Shown piece after piece: positions 24,602 through 38,085 of a stretch of 64,000 nucleotides of DNA; the stretch's first letter is position 1, and the number at the start of each line of letters is the position of its first letter. Location: positions 3,410,001 to 3,474,000 of the forward strand of contig JAYWIR010000009.1 in NCBI GenBank assembly GCA_036172245.1. Direction: 5' to 3'. The translations under genes were made by a program, and so were the position numbers. This DNA comes from Raillietiella orientalis. Lineage: Eukaryota. Below the pieces are notes generated by a model that had not been told where the DNA came from, searched no databases, and saw only the letters and a program-made list of their open reading frames with translations.

Positions 24602-26577
24602 TAGGACGTCGGCAGGGAACGATCTCTAATCAACGTGGCTGCTCAGCCGTCCCACCACTGAGCAGACATCCGTGGGATGCTTGGCGAGATGGTGGTAATC
24701 GAGAGCCAAGTGCTTGACCGCAGGTTCCGGGAACAGCCTGAACCTGATCCGAGATGCATTTCGGGATCTGCCTCGGGTGGACCGATTCGGTGGCTCCGTT
24801 CAGGTTCTTCGATTGACCGGTGGTCCTTTGCGAAGTCTTGAATCCTTGATCCCAGGAATGCTTCCGATGGGGATCTCGTCGGCACCCTCCTTGAAGCACG
24901 GATGCACTTTCCCTGTTTCGGTATGCTCCCTCCATCCACCTCCTTCGTCCCTTGAGATCTTCCTGCAGTCTCAACAGTGCTCACGAGTTTGTGCGGTCTC
25001 TCGGTGAGGGTTCCAGACAGGCTGCAGAGGCTGAGCAGTGCCGAAGATCAAGAGGAATTTGAGAGGAATGCTGGAGGAGAGAACGAGAAGCAGGAGGAAG
25101 GTCGATTGCCGCCGTTGCTGGCAGCTTTCCGCGTGGGCGAAACAGAGGAAGAGTCGCAGCTCGCGTCCAGCAGGTGTGGGCGGAGGCCTCGCGCCGAACG
25201 AGCGAATGGACCGATCAAGCAGCGCGAATGCTACGATGCGGAAGGATTCGAGGCATGCCCAGCATCGCGGGGATCGGTCGCGCCAGTAACCAGGCAAATC
25301 TGATCATCCTCCAGCGCCCTGGGCAACCTTCCTCCAGCGTCCAGGCGGAGTAGTGACCTCAGGTCGCACCAGCGTGCGCATTCGCCGGATGTGGAGGGGC
25401 AGCTTCTCTCAGGGAGGACAGCTGCAACGCGCAAGGACTCCCTGGGAAAAGGTCAGCGCTATCCGGCGCCCCCAAGTCCCGCCGGGCTCGATACTAGAGG
25501 AGCCTCCGACACGGAAGGGACGCTGCCCTCTGGACGGGCGCATTTCGACGAAGGCGGAGACCGCGCCGCGTTCCCTCGGTTGCCTTGTTGATCAAGAGAC
25601 GGCTCGGAGGACGGTTGCAGCACTCCGGGAACGGGAAGCCCAGAGGCCCAGGTGTGCGCATCCAAGGGAGTCAACGAGGGCGGGGTCATGGGGGAGGAGG
25701 GGGTCCGTGCCAGCGAACACGTCGGACCGTGGCCGCAGGGCGCCCATGCGGTGCGGCCAGAGGGGTCGCCACGCACACGCACCCCGAAAGAAGTCACAAT
25801 GCCAGAAGCGTCGGCCGAACTTCCGGCTGCGCGAAGACGACGCGTCTCTGTGGTCCGCCCTCTCCCCTCGCGTGCGCTTTTCAGAAGCGGACCTGTCGCT
25901 TTCCACGGCAACGTGACGCGCTCGACGCGATCGAGGAGGCCGCCTTCCAGCAGGCGGCGGAAGAACTCGCGGCCGAACTACAAGGCCGTGAGAAAAACTC
26001 GCGAAAGGCCTTGCGAAGGCCGGCCGCGAGGAAGGCTCCGGAGGCTGGTGAGACCGATCCGGATGCCGGAAGTGCGTCCTCCTCAGCGGAGGCGTTTCTT
26101 AAGAAGACGGGACTGAAGTCCCAGAATCCCAAGAGGCGCATTCGGATCAAGAAGGAGGGGGATGAACCGGCACCCAAGGGGAAGCCGGCAGCGTGGGAGG
26201 CGAGGGTGGGAATCTCTCATTCCCCGACACCGTGCAGCTGGCGACCCCCATGGAGGAGGAAGTGCAGGTGGGTGAACCCTCCCTTGCTCTGCACGGCCCT
26301 GCCGACGATTCGGCCCCCAGGGAGGAGGGAGAAGTGGTGCGCGACGCACCCCCTCCTCCTAGCGTCCCGCCCGACCAGGTGGCGGGAGCCCCATTGCCAC
26401 TTTCCCAGGATTAGCACCTGGGCTCGCCTGTCGCCGTAGGATCCGCGTAGCCTGCTGGAACGTCAACGGGCTGCGCGACGACGGCAACAGGCGGGATACT
26501 GCCGACACCCTGCGTGAGTTCGACCTGACGCTTCTGAAGGAGATCCACGTGATCACCGCGGAGAACGCCCAAGAGAT

Positions 26578-27595
26578 TTCTCACCCGGTCACGCCGGGGC
26601 GTTTATTCCATATAAATACAACAGAAATAAATATATAAAATAAACCAGTTGGGGACCATGCCCCCAACCGACGACGGCACAAGTATCAAGAGAACATTGC
26701 TGGCACGCAGGCCAGAATTACACAGAACGGTTTGTGAGAACTGGGAAAACAAACAAACAAAAACAAAAGAAAAAGAAATCAACGGGGGACGCGGGGACAA
26801 GGGTCTTTGGGATCGCTCTGGTTGTCTCCGGGATAATAGTAATGGCACCGGTATTTTAGCAGAGCGAGCGGGGAAGGGGTATGGGTGGGCTTCAGGACGT
26901 AGTGGTCACCGGATTAAGCCGTTCCTAAAAGTCTGTAAACCGGCGGTGGATGCCGGCGATGTCCTCTTTGACCCCGTCACGAAGATGAGACCACCTAGCA
27001 GCGTTTTCCATGGATTCTGCTGCAAACCGGTGAGCCTCCCTTCGCTGCGCTGACAACTCCAGGGCGTAGCGGGCCTTCACGATGGCGCGAATGCAACACA
27101 TGGTTGCGACAATCGCGCCTACCGAAAATCCATTTCTCCTGAAGAAGCGCCGCAGCACATCAATGGCAGTGCCTCCCTGCGGCAGGATGGCTGAAATCAG
27201 CCTTCGCCACAGTTCACGGAGGTCACCGCAGTCCATCAAGAGGTGCGGAGAAGACTCGATCTCAGCGCACCTCAAACAGTTTGGCGGAGCAGCTCCCCCG
27301 GAAACGATGCTTCGCTGCCGATTACAGTGGAAGCCCCAGTGTAAAAAGAGCAGCACATCTTGTTTCCACTTTAAGGGGAACACGGAGCTGTCCAAACAAA
27401 CGGGGGGACCACTATCTCTTCGGGGGGTACACTTAAATGTTCACTCCACCGAAGCAGGCCCTTCGCTCGATTACGAGTGGCAGTTTCCACCAGCTCCTTT
27501 GTCGTCCAGAAGCCGAAGAGCTTACTGACTCCCGCTATTGAGCAGGAGAACTCCCATTTCGCCGGTAGGCAACTGTCGTTGCTTGCTCTGAGGGC
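26578..27595 (-). mobile_element. 5'-truncated Tx1-like copy nested antisense in the host APE domain, with a 14-bp TSD
   Basis: TSD AACGCCCAAGAGAT at 26564-26577 and 27596-27609. Encodes WKQDVLLFLHWGFHC...CLRCAEIESSPHLLMDC...AARWSHL. Terminus AATAAACGCCCCGGCGTGACCGGGTGAGAA. Confidence 0.95.
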
Positions 27596-28311
27596 AACGC
27601 CCAAGAGATCGAGAGGATCGCAGGGGGTCGGTTGTATCGGCAATGTGGCATTGCGTTTTTTGTGAAGCCAGCAGTCGACGCCGCCGTCAAGGGCGTACGT
27701 TTCGACAAGGACGGTCGGGTTGGCCAGCTGATCCTCAGATGGTCAGACTCGATCGATCTTGTTGTGACAAACGTGTACGCTCCGAGCGGAGGATGCAGGT
27801 ACGAGGAACGTTCCCGGTTCCTCGAAACCCTGAAGCGCGACTGGCTGGGCTGATACAAACGTACGCAAGGCACATCTGATCGGTGGGGATTTCAACATCC
27901 GCCTGCTGTCAGGTGTGCCTTGCGGGCAAAAAGACGCGGCCAACGAGTTGTGCGCGGCGATGCGGGCGCGCAACTTGTTGGGGGACCTCCGGAAATGGTC
28001 CAAAGCGTCGACCACGTTTTCCTTAACGCCGACCTGTGCCCACGGGTCGGCAGACGAGGGAAACTTCCATCGACGCTGTCCGACCATTTCCGATTGATTT
28101 TCGAGGTTATGCCTCGCGACAAAGGCCCACCATCCAGGGCGTGGCGTCTGCCCGGGGACTGGACGCGGATCTCAGGTGCGGCGGAACATCTCCCTCGATT
28201 CCTGAGAGGCGTCACCCTCCGGAATCTCAACGACTGGGACCGCATGAAGGTCTCAGTCCGCGAGTTCTTCGAGGAGTTCTCTCTACACCACCTGCCCCGG
28301 AGATTTGGTGT

Positions 28312-30265
28312 TGCCACCCGGGTACGCCCGGGGCGTTTATTGAAACTCTACAAAAACGTGGTACGAGGCCCCACTAACGGCTGCACAACACCGGACCTGC
28401 CGGGACGCAGCCCGGCGTGACGCTCCTCGGCAGTGGAGGGGAGTTTGGGAGAAAACAAAAAAAATACAATGAAGAAAAACAAAAGGAGTTTGGAGGGAGG
28501 GGAAGGGATCACTATCCACTAGGAGGAGGGCCCATCCTTCGCAGGATGCCCTCTAGGTCCTTCTGCGTTTGTCCCAGATGGGGCCATCTCGCAGCTCTTC
28601 GCATGAAGCTCACAGCATACGGGATGACTTCCCTCTCGTTGGCATCCACTCCTTCGTCGCAAATGTCGCTCCAGGCCGCCACGATGCCCCGGATGCAGCA
28701 GAGGGCTGCGAGGGCTGCAGCGGGCTGCAGGGCGTCCTGCACGAAGAGGGGCCGAAGAACGTCTCTGGGCGCGCTGCCCATTGGGAGTCCGAGGGTCGTC
28801 CAGAACCGTTCCCACAGGGGTCGGATGGCAGCACAGTCAACTAGAAGGTGGGGGAGCGATTCCCGCTCCCCACACCTGGCACACTCAGGGCTTACACTTC
28901 CTCGCGTCCAGTGGAAGCGGCGCTCGTTGCAGGGTAAACCCCAGTGCAACAGCAGCAGTGCCGACTCTTGCCACTTTAGCGGGAGAAGCCTGGATCCGAT
29001 TAATACTGGGGGCCACTTCAGGTCATCCGTCGGGATGCCGAGCAGCTCGCCCCATCTAACAAGTCCACGCGGGAGGGCACTCGGGGTCGTGGCATCTGCC
29101 AGTTCACCCATGGTCCAACCGCTCATTTTCTTTTCCCTGCCTGCGATCCGGCAGGAGACGTGCCACTTCGGCGTCCGGCCGCTGGTTAGAGCCCTTCGTA
29201 GGAAGGGCAGCGTCGAAGCCAAAGGGGTGGTCTCTGCCCACGTGCTCCTGGCGGGACACTCCAGAGTGGTCCGTAGGGTGCAGCAGGCGTTGGGGCCGAG
29301 TCGCAGGCGGTTCCATTCACGTCCAGTCTGGAGGTTCAGCTTGGCCCACGTCCCAACGGATTCCTCCAGCCAAGCGGAGGAGTTGGCGGGCTGCATACCG
29401 TCCAGCCGTTCTCACCAGGGATTCCATGCGCCCAAGGAGAAGGCCTCATCTCCTGACCTTCCGACCGGGGCACAGAAGGAAAGACGCGAGTCCTTGCGTC
29501 CTCGATACACGGCTGGCGAGGATGCGGGCCGGGACGCACCAGGGGGTGTTCCACGTCTTTGCTGCGATGGCTAGGGTGCGCCATCGCAGCTGTATGTCCA
29601 TGCGCTCCAACGTCAGGAGGCCAAGACCACCGTCCCGACGCGGAGCGCATATGTCCTTAGGAGGTGCACGAGGCCTCCCACTGCCCCAGAGGGCGATGCG
29701 GAGAAGGTCTTTAGTCCTCTTCTTCGGGTCACGGGGGACGGGGCACACAAAGAGCAGGGGCTGAGGATGGGAGCCGCGAACGCGTTCCACACCGCGGCCC
29801 GTTCCGGCAGAAGGAACTTGCCTTCCAGGAACGGGCCGATTGCCAACTCTACCTTTTGGAGACGACCTGACCAGGCTTCTGCGAGGCAGAATTCCCCCAA
29901 CGGGACACCCAGGTACTTCAGGTACCTGACCGTGGGGATCCCCATGCGGATCCAGTCAGGTCGTCCATCCCACGTCGCACCCACCGGTACCACCGACGAC
30001 TTCGCCTTGTTAACCTGCAATCCAGTCCCACGGCTTAGCAGATCGAAGAAATCCTCGACTGCGGCTGCCGGGGCGGACATGGGCAACATCAGCAGAAGAT
30101 CGTCGGCGTACGCAGCTACTGCGGGCGTGCCGGGGCACGAGCTAGGCAAGGCATTCAGAGTCCCCCTGTACTCTCTCAGCACCAACTCAAAGTAGGTGCT
30201 GAAGAGCAGGGGACTGAGGCTATCGCCCTGCCGTATGCCCCGCCGCACCGGCACGCCGTACGTTG
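28312..30265 (-). mobile_element. Second nested antisense Tx1-like copy (RT C-terminal half to 3' end)
   Basis: Peptides YGVPVRRGIRQGDSLSPLLF, YADD, KYLGVP, DGGLGLL and CARCGERESLPHLLVDC. Terminus AATAAACGCCCCGGGCGTACCCGGGTGG. Host sequence resumes after ~30265. Confidence 0.92.
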
Positions 30266-33200
30266 TTTCGCGAAGACCCCTGACGTCCGTCGCTTGGCCG
30301 AGTACGAAGCCGGGGCCGAGCGTCAAGCCTGGCAAACCGGGCCGCCCAGCGTGCTGGACGACTTGGACCAGGAACACTCGGACCGCGGCATCGATACGTC
30401 GCCTCGTGCGGGATTTTACTCCTCCCTTTACGCCAGGGCACCTGCGGAGTGGGACGCCTCGCGGCTCCTGCTTCCAGATGGAGCCCCGCCCATAGGGGAG
30501 GAGGAGAAAGAAAGCCTCGACAAACCTTTTACGACCTGTGAAATCATCACCGCGATTGAAAGGCTCAAGAGGCGTAAGGCGCCAGGAGATGACGGCATGC
30601 CGGCGGAGTTCTTTCAGTGCTTCGCTGCAGAGCTGACCCCCCTGGTGCTCGAGCTGACACGGCTGATCCTAAGGTGATGTTCCCGCCTCGTTTCGGTCAG
30701 CCAGAGTGAGGCTCCTTCCTAAGGGAGGAGACCTCCGTAAATTAAGCAACTGGTGTCCGATCACGATTGTGAACACGGACGCCAAGTTGCTGGCTGGACT
30801 GTGGGCTGCGCGGCTGGGACAGGTAGCGGACAGCTTCGTCAGCCCGGAACAGACTTACGCTGTTCCCGGGCGAAGTATGGAAGCGAACCTGTTCTTCGCT
30901 AGCACATGGTTCCATGTGCAACGGGAAGAAAACAAGGAAAAACGGAATGTCGGCAACCCTGATTTGAAGGAGCCAGCGGGGCAAGTAAGGGAAGACCGGG
31001 GAGTGAAAGGGGCTCTAGCGATCGCAGTCGATCTGCATAAAGCGTTCGATTGAGTGGACCAGGAACTCCTTCTGGAGCTCCTGGATCGCATGGGCTTCCC
31101 GGACACCTTAACGGCCTACCTGCGCTACTGCTGGCGCTTCGCTTATGTGAATATTTGTTTCAGCTGCCGGCACGTGTACGGCGTGCCGGTTCGGCGTGGC
31201 ATAAGGCAGGGTGACAGTCTGAGCCCCTTGCTCTTCAGCATCTACTTTGAGTTGGTGCTAAGAGCATACAGGGAGACTTTGGCAATCCTGCCGAGCTCGT
31301 GTCCCGGCACGCCTGCCGTGTCGACCTATGCCGACGACCTCCTGCTTCTGCTCTCCGGGTCCACCCCGGCATCGGCGCTCGAGGATTTCTTCGAGTTGCT
31401 GCGCCGCGGGACAGGCCTGGAGGTGAACAGTCGGCATTATTTACGGACTCGTCGCGGGCAGCACGGTCGGACTCCAGTCCGACCCAGCTTAGGGATCCCC
31501 ACGGGCGGGTACTTCAAGTACCTTGGCGTCCCGTCGGGGGACTTCTGCGCAGCAGAAGCCTGGTCCGACTGTCTCCAAAAGTGCAGTTGGCGATCGGTCC
31601 GTTCCGGGACGGCAAGTTTCACTTGCTGGAATAGGCCGCGGTGTGGAACGCGTTCGCAGCTCCCCTCCTTCGCACCCTGCTTTTTGTGTGCCCCGCCCAT
31701 CCTCAAATAAGGACACGGACAAGGGGCCTCATAAGGAAAGCCCTCTGGGGCAACCGGAGGCTCCGCGTCCGGATTAAAGACTTGTGCGCTCCACGCAGGG
31801 ACGGTGGACTTGGTCTCCTGACGTTGGAGCGCATGGAACGACAGCTCCAAATAAGAAAGCTGCTGTGGCAAAATACTGGACAGCACCCTGGTGTGCACCG
31901 ATACGGCTCCTCACCCACAGGGCAACCGGCTGCTACGGGTTGACAACAATCCTAGTAGCCAACGACCGTATTCTGAACCATTGTGGGTTTCAGCTACGGG
32001 ACCTGGTTGCCCTGGCGAGGGACAACCCTTGGATCTCCTGCATCCCCGCGAACTGGACTACCTGGCTCCAGGAGTCAGTTTCCGCGTGGGCGAAAATCAG
32101 CGGCTCCAGCGGTGTGGACTTCTCCTGCCTCCGCCGAGGCAGGTACTCTGGCCAGCCCCTGCTGGAGATCGTATCCAACCCACAAAAACTTCTGTGGGCT
32201 TCCTTCACCCCCCTTGCCCCCGTGCTGCTCTCCCTCAGAGAAGCCAGGGACAGCCAAGAGGAGGCATCGTGGGAAGTGTCCTGCCTCATCGGAAGCAGGA
32301 ACAAACCAATAAAGGCGTGGACGTCCCGGGAGCTAGCGGACGCTACAACCCCGAGTGTCCTGCCGAATGGACTTGTGCGCTGGGGCGAGCTGCTCGATGT
32401 GCCTCCGGAGGAGGTGAAGTGGCCCCCAGCGTCTTGGGACAACGGCACCCTCCCCCTGCAGTGGCAGGAGACGGCGTTGCTTCTGCTCCATTGGGGATTT
32501 CTAAGCAGAGCACTCCTGTCTCACTGGACCTTAGGGAGCGTGGATGCCCATTGTGCAGAGTGCAGGGAAAGGGAGACCTTCCCCCAGTTAATCATAGAGT
32601 GTGTTGCCCTCCGTAGGATGTGGGATCGACTCTCGTCGGCCCTAAACGTTCCAGTGGGCGACCCTAAAAACATTTTCGTCGCCTCCTGATGCGGAACTCC
32701 CTGCCAGGTGCCGCGTGTGTTGCAGTTCTCTGCTGCATACGCGGAATTTCGGACAAGTGGACCGCGTCAAGAAGAGGCCGCAGGAGTCGGAACGCCATCC
32801 ACTGGGCAGTCATCTCCATGGAGAAGGCTTCCCGTTGGCGCCGACTTAGACAGCATATGCCGGCACTTGTTCGCATCCAAAACCGGAAGTAGAGACCTCC
32901 TCACGGCGCACCGTGATCCCTTCCCTTCCCTCCCCTCCCCAAAAAACATTATCCCCCCAGGTGTTTTTCTTTTTTTTCCCCGCCCCGGCGCTAATGAAGT
33001 GGCCCTTACCGGCCTATCAGTCGGTAAGGACAAGTGCCCGAAGACAGTCGGAACGTATGTCATGGCTGAAAATCAAAAGTAATAACGAAAAGAAAAGACT
33101 TTATTATGGAATTTTTTGATAAAAATTTTAATAATAAAAGCCCCGGCTCACCCGGTTGAAAATCCCCTCCGGCGCCCCAAGTCGGCATGTTGGAGGGGGC

Positions 33201-34369
33201 ATCCACCTATCCCCTTGCGACAGGCTGCGAGAGAACCGGCTTGGTTACTAACCAGGAAGAGGCAAGGGCCGACTGCAAGGAGGGCCCGCGGACTGGCGGG
33301 TCCCGAAGAAGCCGCGAATCGCTCCCAGCGTCGCCAGGGAGATGCGATCGAGAACGGCACCCTGGGGGTCAGGGACGGTTTCCGAAGCCCCCGTGACCAT
33401 GAAGGTGGCAGTTCGGTGTCGGGACAACGTCCTTGTCCAGGGCGGGACCGGTTGTTTCTTGCGGCAGTGGTCTGCCGTGCCAGAGGAGGCGCTCCTCCCG
33501 GATCCTCCCATCGCTCCTGAGGGCCGCCCGTCGCCGGGACGGGCGAACCCCCCGAGAGAGGGAGGTCATCCGCCACGCTCCGGACCCGGATGGGAGGAGA
33601 AGAAGAGGCGACAGCGACCACGGGCTCCTCCCGGGCAGGACGACCTCCTCCCCGCGCCTGCGCCCCGGCCCACGCACCCGCCCCACTTTTGAGGTCCCCA
33701 GGCGGGAACCTCGCCCCCGGCAGGGGTGTCCCCCTGCGTGCCCGAGGACGCTCCGGGTCGGAGCCAGGGTCCGCTCGGAGGGACTCCCCGCCAGAAACAT
33801 GCTCCTCTTCGAGACAGATCGTCCGAAATGCGTGTCCCTCGCCCCAGTGAGCCCCGGAGCGAGAAGCGTGCAGGTCGGAGGTCAACGCGGGTCGCGGCAT
33901 CCTCGACCGGACTCGTCGGAAGGCCCTCCGCAGCCGCCGCACCACCGATGATGCCTTCTGGGCCACGGCCGGAGTCCCAGAGTGGGGCCGGCGATGGACC
34001 GAGCAGGGCGTTTCCCTTCCTGCTCACCGCCTCCTCCGCACCTTCGGGTCGCGCCGCTCGCGGCTCTGCGAGTGCAGGGAGGTCCGAGCGAGGCGCCTCC
34101 GCTCGGGAAGAGCCAAGTCCGCGGGGCGGCGCAGGGGGCAGACGGGTGCCGTCTCATCCCCTCCTTTGTATAAACAGGGAGAGACCTTCTCGCGCGTGTT
34201 CGGTGCGGTTGCGCCGGAGGAAAGGCAATGGCGGCACGTCGGCCTGCGGGCCTCCCGCGTGGGTGCCCGTGGTGCCCCGCGTCTTATTTCAGACGATCCT
34301 TCCAAACTTTGCACCGGGCGTTGCCGAGCGTTCCAACTTTGCAACGCTCGGCAACGCCCGGAGGCGGAG

Positions 34370-34735
34370 ACGCGGAGTGCTTCTGGCGGGACACTCCAGC
34401 ATGTTCCGCAGCGTGCAGCGGGTGTAGATGCCGGGTCGCAGGCGGTTCCAGGATCCACCACTTGACTGGTTCAACTTCGCACACGTGTCAACTGTTTCTT
34501 CCAGCCATGCGCTGGAATTGGTGGGGCTGCAGGCCATACAGCCGTTTTCCTTGGCTAGGGTAGCCATGCGTCCTCGGAGAAGGCCGCATCTTCTTATTCT
34601 CCGGCTGGGGCACAGAAGAAAAGAGGAGAGCCCTCCCACTCTGGATACACGACTGGCGAGGAGGCGGGCCGGAACGCACCAATGGGTGCTCCAGTACTTC
34701 GCCGCGATGTATAAGGTTCGCCATCGCATCTCCGG
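34370..34735 (-). mobile_element. Internal Tx1-like ORF2 fragment
   Basis: MRWRTLYIAAKYWSTHWCVPARLLASRVSRVGGLSSFLLCP...NSSAWLEETV...LECPARST closely matches the 29240-29590 translation. Confidence 0.85.
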
Positions 34736-37700
34736 AGGGGAGCCACCACAGCATCGGAGCGTTGCCTCCCCAACGACCAAGGCTCTGCTCCCTCAAGCGC
34801 TGCACGCTCCGGGGCACGGGCACGGTCCCCTGCCCGACGGGAGAGCCCCTGTCCCAGGTCGCGGGCCTCCTCCGGCTCCCTCCCAGTGTGCTGGCGCTGC
34901 GGTCTCCATGTCTGAGGGAGGTGTCCCGCGTTCCCCTCGCCCGGTGAGGCTGGAGCTCCCGTTAGACGGGCGCTCGGGGCGTTCGGAAGGGAGGCTGAGT
35001 CCGTACCGCCGAGATGCCGCCGCGCGGATGGCGCATCCGACCTGGAAAATGAATTCTGGCATTGGATGCAGTGTTGCCGCGGAAACTTTTTTTCCTTCGG
35101 AGTGGTGGGAGCAGCCCAGGGCAGGGATGCTGGCAGCATTTCATCCGGCCCTGTGGGGCGCCTCACTCCGTGCCTTGGCACATCGGGCTGCCATGACAAC
35201 GACGTGCATTCCGCCTGACTTGCATCCTCGGAGCCGCGTCCCGGGGGGCGAATGCGCGTCGCAGGAGCTCCTTCCCTCTTCGAAGGGGGGGCGAGCCCCG
35301 GGACGCCGAAGGGCGCGCGGAAGGACCATTCCGTCCCTTTGCGCACGCTCCCACGTTCTGGCGCCTCCCGTGTGCGCGTCTCGCCCGCATCGCCCGCACG
35401 CGCGTCCGCGAGGCTTTGGTCCCCTCCTCCTCTTACCCCTTCGTGGGCGTCCGGGCGACGCGGAGTGCAGACGGTGACGGCGGTTCGACGGGCCACGCCT
35501 TCCCTTAGCTACTGACACTCCTCCGCTGCACCTGTGTACCACCCCGCTCGCTGCCCGTCCTGCGGCGGCGCAGCACCTCGTGAGGAAGGCCGATTGAACG
35601 GCCTTCCAAGTATCGCCCATCTCCATGCCGACGGGACATGGGGAGACTCCACCCGAAGGCGTTCTGCGGGACGCATCCTCTCCCGTTTCAGCCAGAGAAC
35701 GGTCGGGGACCGCGAATCCTCTGACCGCCGCCGGCGAAGCGGTCGTAGATTTGAAGAGTCTCTTCCATTCTTTCCCGTTTAAGGGAGCAGTGGCACCAGG
35801 ACAAAGAGCGCCGCTTCATGTGATCGGAGGAAGAGCTCCCCGACCCGCCTCGAAGTCACCCCGAGGGCGAAGTGGCTTCTGCGTTCCCGGCTCAGTCTGC
35901 TGGAGCTTCATTCCGGAACGTCCTTCCAGAGGGCTTTGCCCCGCAGGCAGAGAGAGGCAAGAGACGATGCCTCGGAAGCACAAGCAGGGAGGCCCCGGCC
36001 CCGTCGCTCGTGGGACGAGCGACGGGTTTCACCCGAGGTGCACCGTTCTCTCGCTTCGCGGCAGAAGCATTCCACGAAACTCCCGCTTCCGGGCCACCAC
36101 AGCAACAGGACGCCATCGACTATCGCTGTGTATGCGTGCGTATCCGTGGAAACGCTCTCCTCCGCGCTTCCTCAATCCACGGGCAGAGGATAGATTGGGG
36201 GAAACTGCCGGAAAGTGGCTCCATGAAACGCGACCTCATCCCCAGAGCGGACTGCTGCTGCCTCCCTGTGAACGGACGGATGCTCCAATGGTTTCCCGAG
36301 ATCCGGCCGTCGGATGCTCCAGAGGGTTTTTTTTTCTTCTCGGAAGCGCTTCCGCAAACCATACGTGCGGAGGAACGGGTAGGTTGCGGAGCCGGAGAAG
36401 AAACTCCGAAGGGACCCCGAAGCATCATCTGCATCCCGCGCGCGATCCCTTCTCCGTCCGCTTTGTCGTCCGGCGGGGACGGGGCTCATCCCGGGCATCC
36501 GGCACGCGCCGTCGTTCGCGTCCTCGATCCGCCCGGTCCATCCTCCGCGAAAGATTCGTGGAGCTCCCCCTTGCGGCCTCCGTCCCACGATCAGTATGTT
36601 TGCTCTCCGTCCGCCTGTATTACTGGTGTTTGCTCTTTTCGATTGTGCGGTCGGGGTTGCTGCACGCAGCTCCTCGGACTCGCAGGCTGGCACTCCTCCC
36701 CGCCTCCATTTCGCACACGCACGTCCCTGATTGCATCATCGAAATTCACGCTTAATTATTCGAGACTCGGTTGCGCCAAGTGTTGTCGCGCACGCGGGGT
36801 GCCACGCTTTCGCGAAACGCCTCCCGGAGAGGGCGGCCGAAGGGCGCTGGCGGCGCGGCCTCGTTCCGGAGCGGAACGCTTCGCCGAGGCTGGGTGACGA
36901 GTTCCCCCATCTTGGAGTGAGCGGAGGGTGGGTGCTTGCGGAGCGCGAACGGACCAACAGCGTAGCTACGGACACTGCTGCTTCTGCGGAGCTGGGAGCG
37001 CCCGCATCTCGTGCGCGCCCGCCTGCCGATCGCCGACCTCAGCTGTCCAGATGCTGCGCCTTCCGTATTTCGCGCTCAACATTCCATGATCACATTCTTC
37101 CTGATTGGAGAGATCCTCTGGACCAATCGCTCGAACTGGCGTAGGCTTCTTCATCCGGTCGCGAGCCACCAGCCCTCAGGTGCTGTCTTCCGGAGGGCCG
37201 TCTCCCGTTCAAGAACAGGCAAACAAATTAGCAAACCAGGTTGTTCATTTCTCTGAACCAACAGAAAGAAGTTTATGGGGGAGGTTCGCCTTCACGCAGG
37301 TCAGGTGCTGAAGAAGTCCGAGGCGGAACAATAAATTAATAAAAAAAAGGAAAGGGAGGATGTGACTGTTCCCATCAAGAGCGTTTTTGGCATAACCCCG
37401 CTCTTTCTGATAGCCGGAGCAGAATACTGTATATTTCCGGGACTTGCCATCTTCTTACAGGTGAGGCCTGCCATCCCAAGGTAGGCGGCAGCTCCTATCC
37501 TGTCGACCTATCTCCTCTGAGAACGAGACTCCAACACATGGCGGTGGATGTCGCAACCACGTCGCTTGCCGAGGGTGAAGAATCGCTGCAACAAATCCCT
37601 GGAGGTGCCCTCCGGTGCAGAAGCGCTGAAGATGGCCTTTGTCGCACTTTCTGGAAGGCACCGCAGTTCAACAACTGGCGCGGAAACCACTCGATCGTCC

Positions 37701-38085
37701 AAACCGGGAGCGACTCGGATGGAAACGAGGTACAGGAGCTTGCTGGCAACCCACGGTATTTCTGGTATTTCTTTGCTGCTCCGGCAGCGACTACGTCGTT
37801 CACCACCCATCCCCAGCAGCTCCGAAAGCCCTTCCTATGTCTGGACCTCCATAATCCTCGAGGAGGAAGACCTCCCGCATGGCAGGTTTTTTTCCGCTGC
37901 TTGCGAGTTTGCCTGCTCCTCGCGGGCTTTCCGTGTCCGTGCCTTCGCGTACCGCCGTTTGGATTCCCCCGAAATTACACGAGGGATTCCACAAGTGGCA
38001 CGGATTAAAGCCGTGCGAGAAGGGAGATGAAGGGCGGTCAGCAAACCTGGAAGAGATTTACGGAACGGCCATCCCGACTGGCCCA

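Larger units (their letters stand above)
24610..33163 (+). mobile_element. Nearly full-length decayed L1/Tx1-clade non-LTR retrotransposon (ORF1-like region, APE, RT, C-terminal CCHC region), interrupted by two nested insertions
   Basis: APE motifs: WNVNGLR...LKEIH (26455-26550), GIAFF..DGR..NVYAP (27647-27785), GGDFN (~27885), VDHVF, SDH. RT motifs: KAPGDDGMPAEFF, LLPKGGDLRKLSNWCPITIVNTDAK, AVDLHKAFD, RRGIRQGDSLSPLLF, YADD, KYLG. Then DGGLGL and CAECRERETFPQLIIEC. Terminus AATAAAAGCCCCGGCTCACCCGGTTGAAAAT. Several stops and frameshifts are present. The ORF1 assignment of 24.6-26.4 kb is by position only. Confidence 0.92.

Noticed and set aside
28305..30270. TSD for the second nested insertion (GTTG)
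   Set aside because: Only 4 bp, indistinguishable from chance.
29446..32689. Bacterial RT system (retron, DGR, group II intron) or CRISPR-associated RT
   Set aside because: An APE domain, GGLGL and CCHC C-terminus, a TSD and the spliceosomal-gene context all indicate eukaryotic L1/Tx1 elements; no repeat-spacer array was seen.
33165..34280. Further ORF1-type remnant
   Set aside because: Only faint similarity to 26100-26150, too weak to call.
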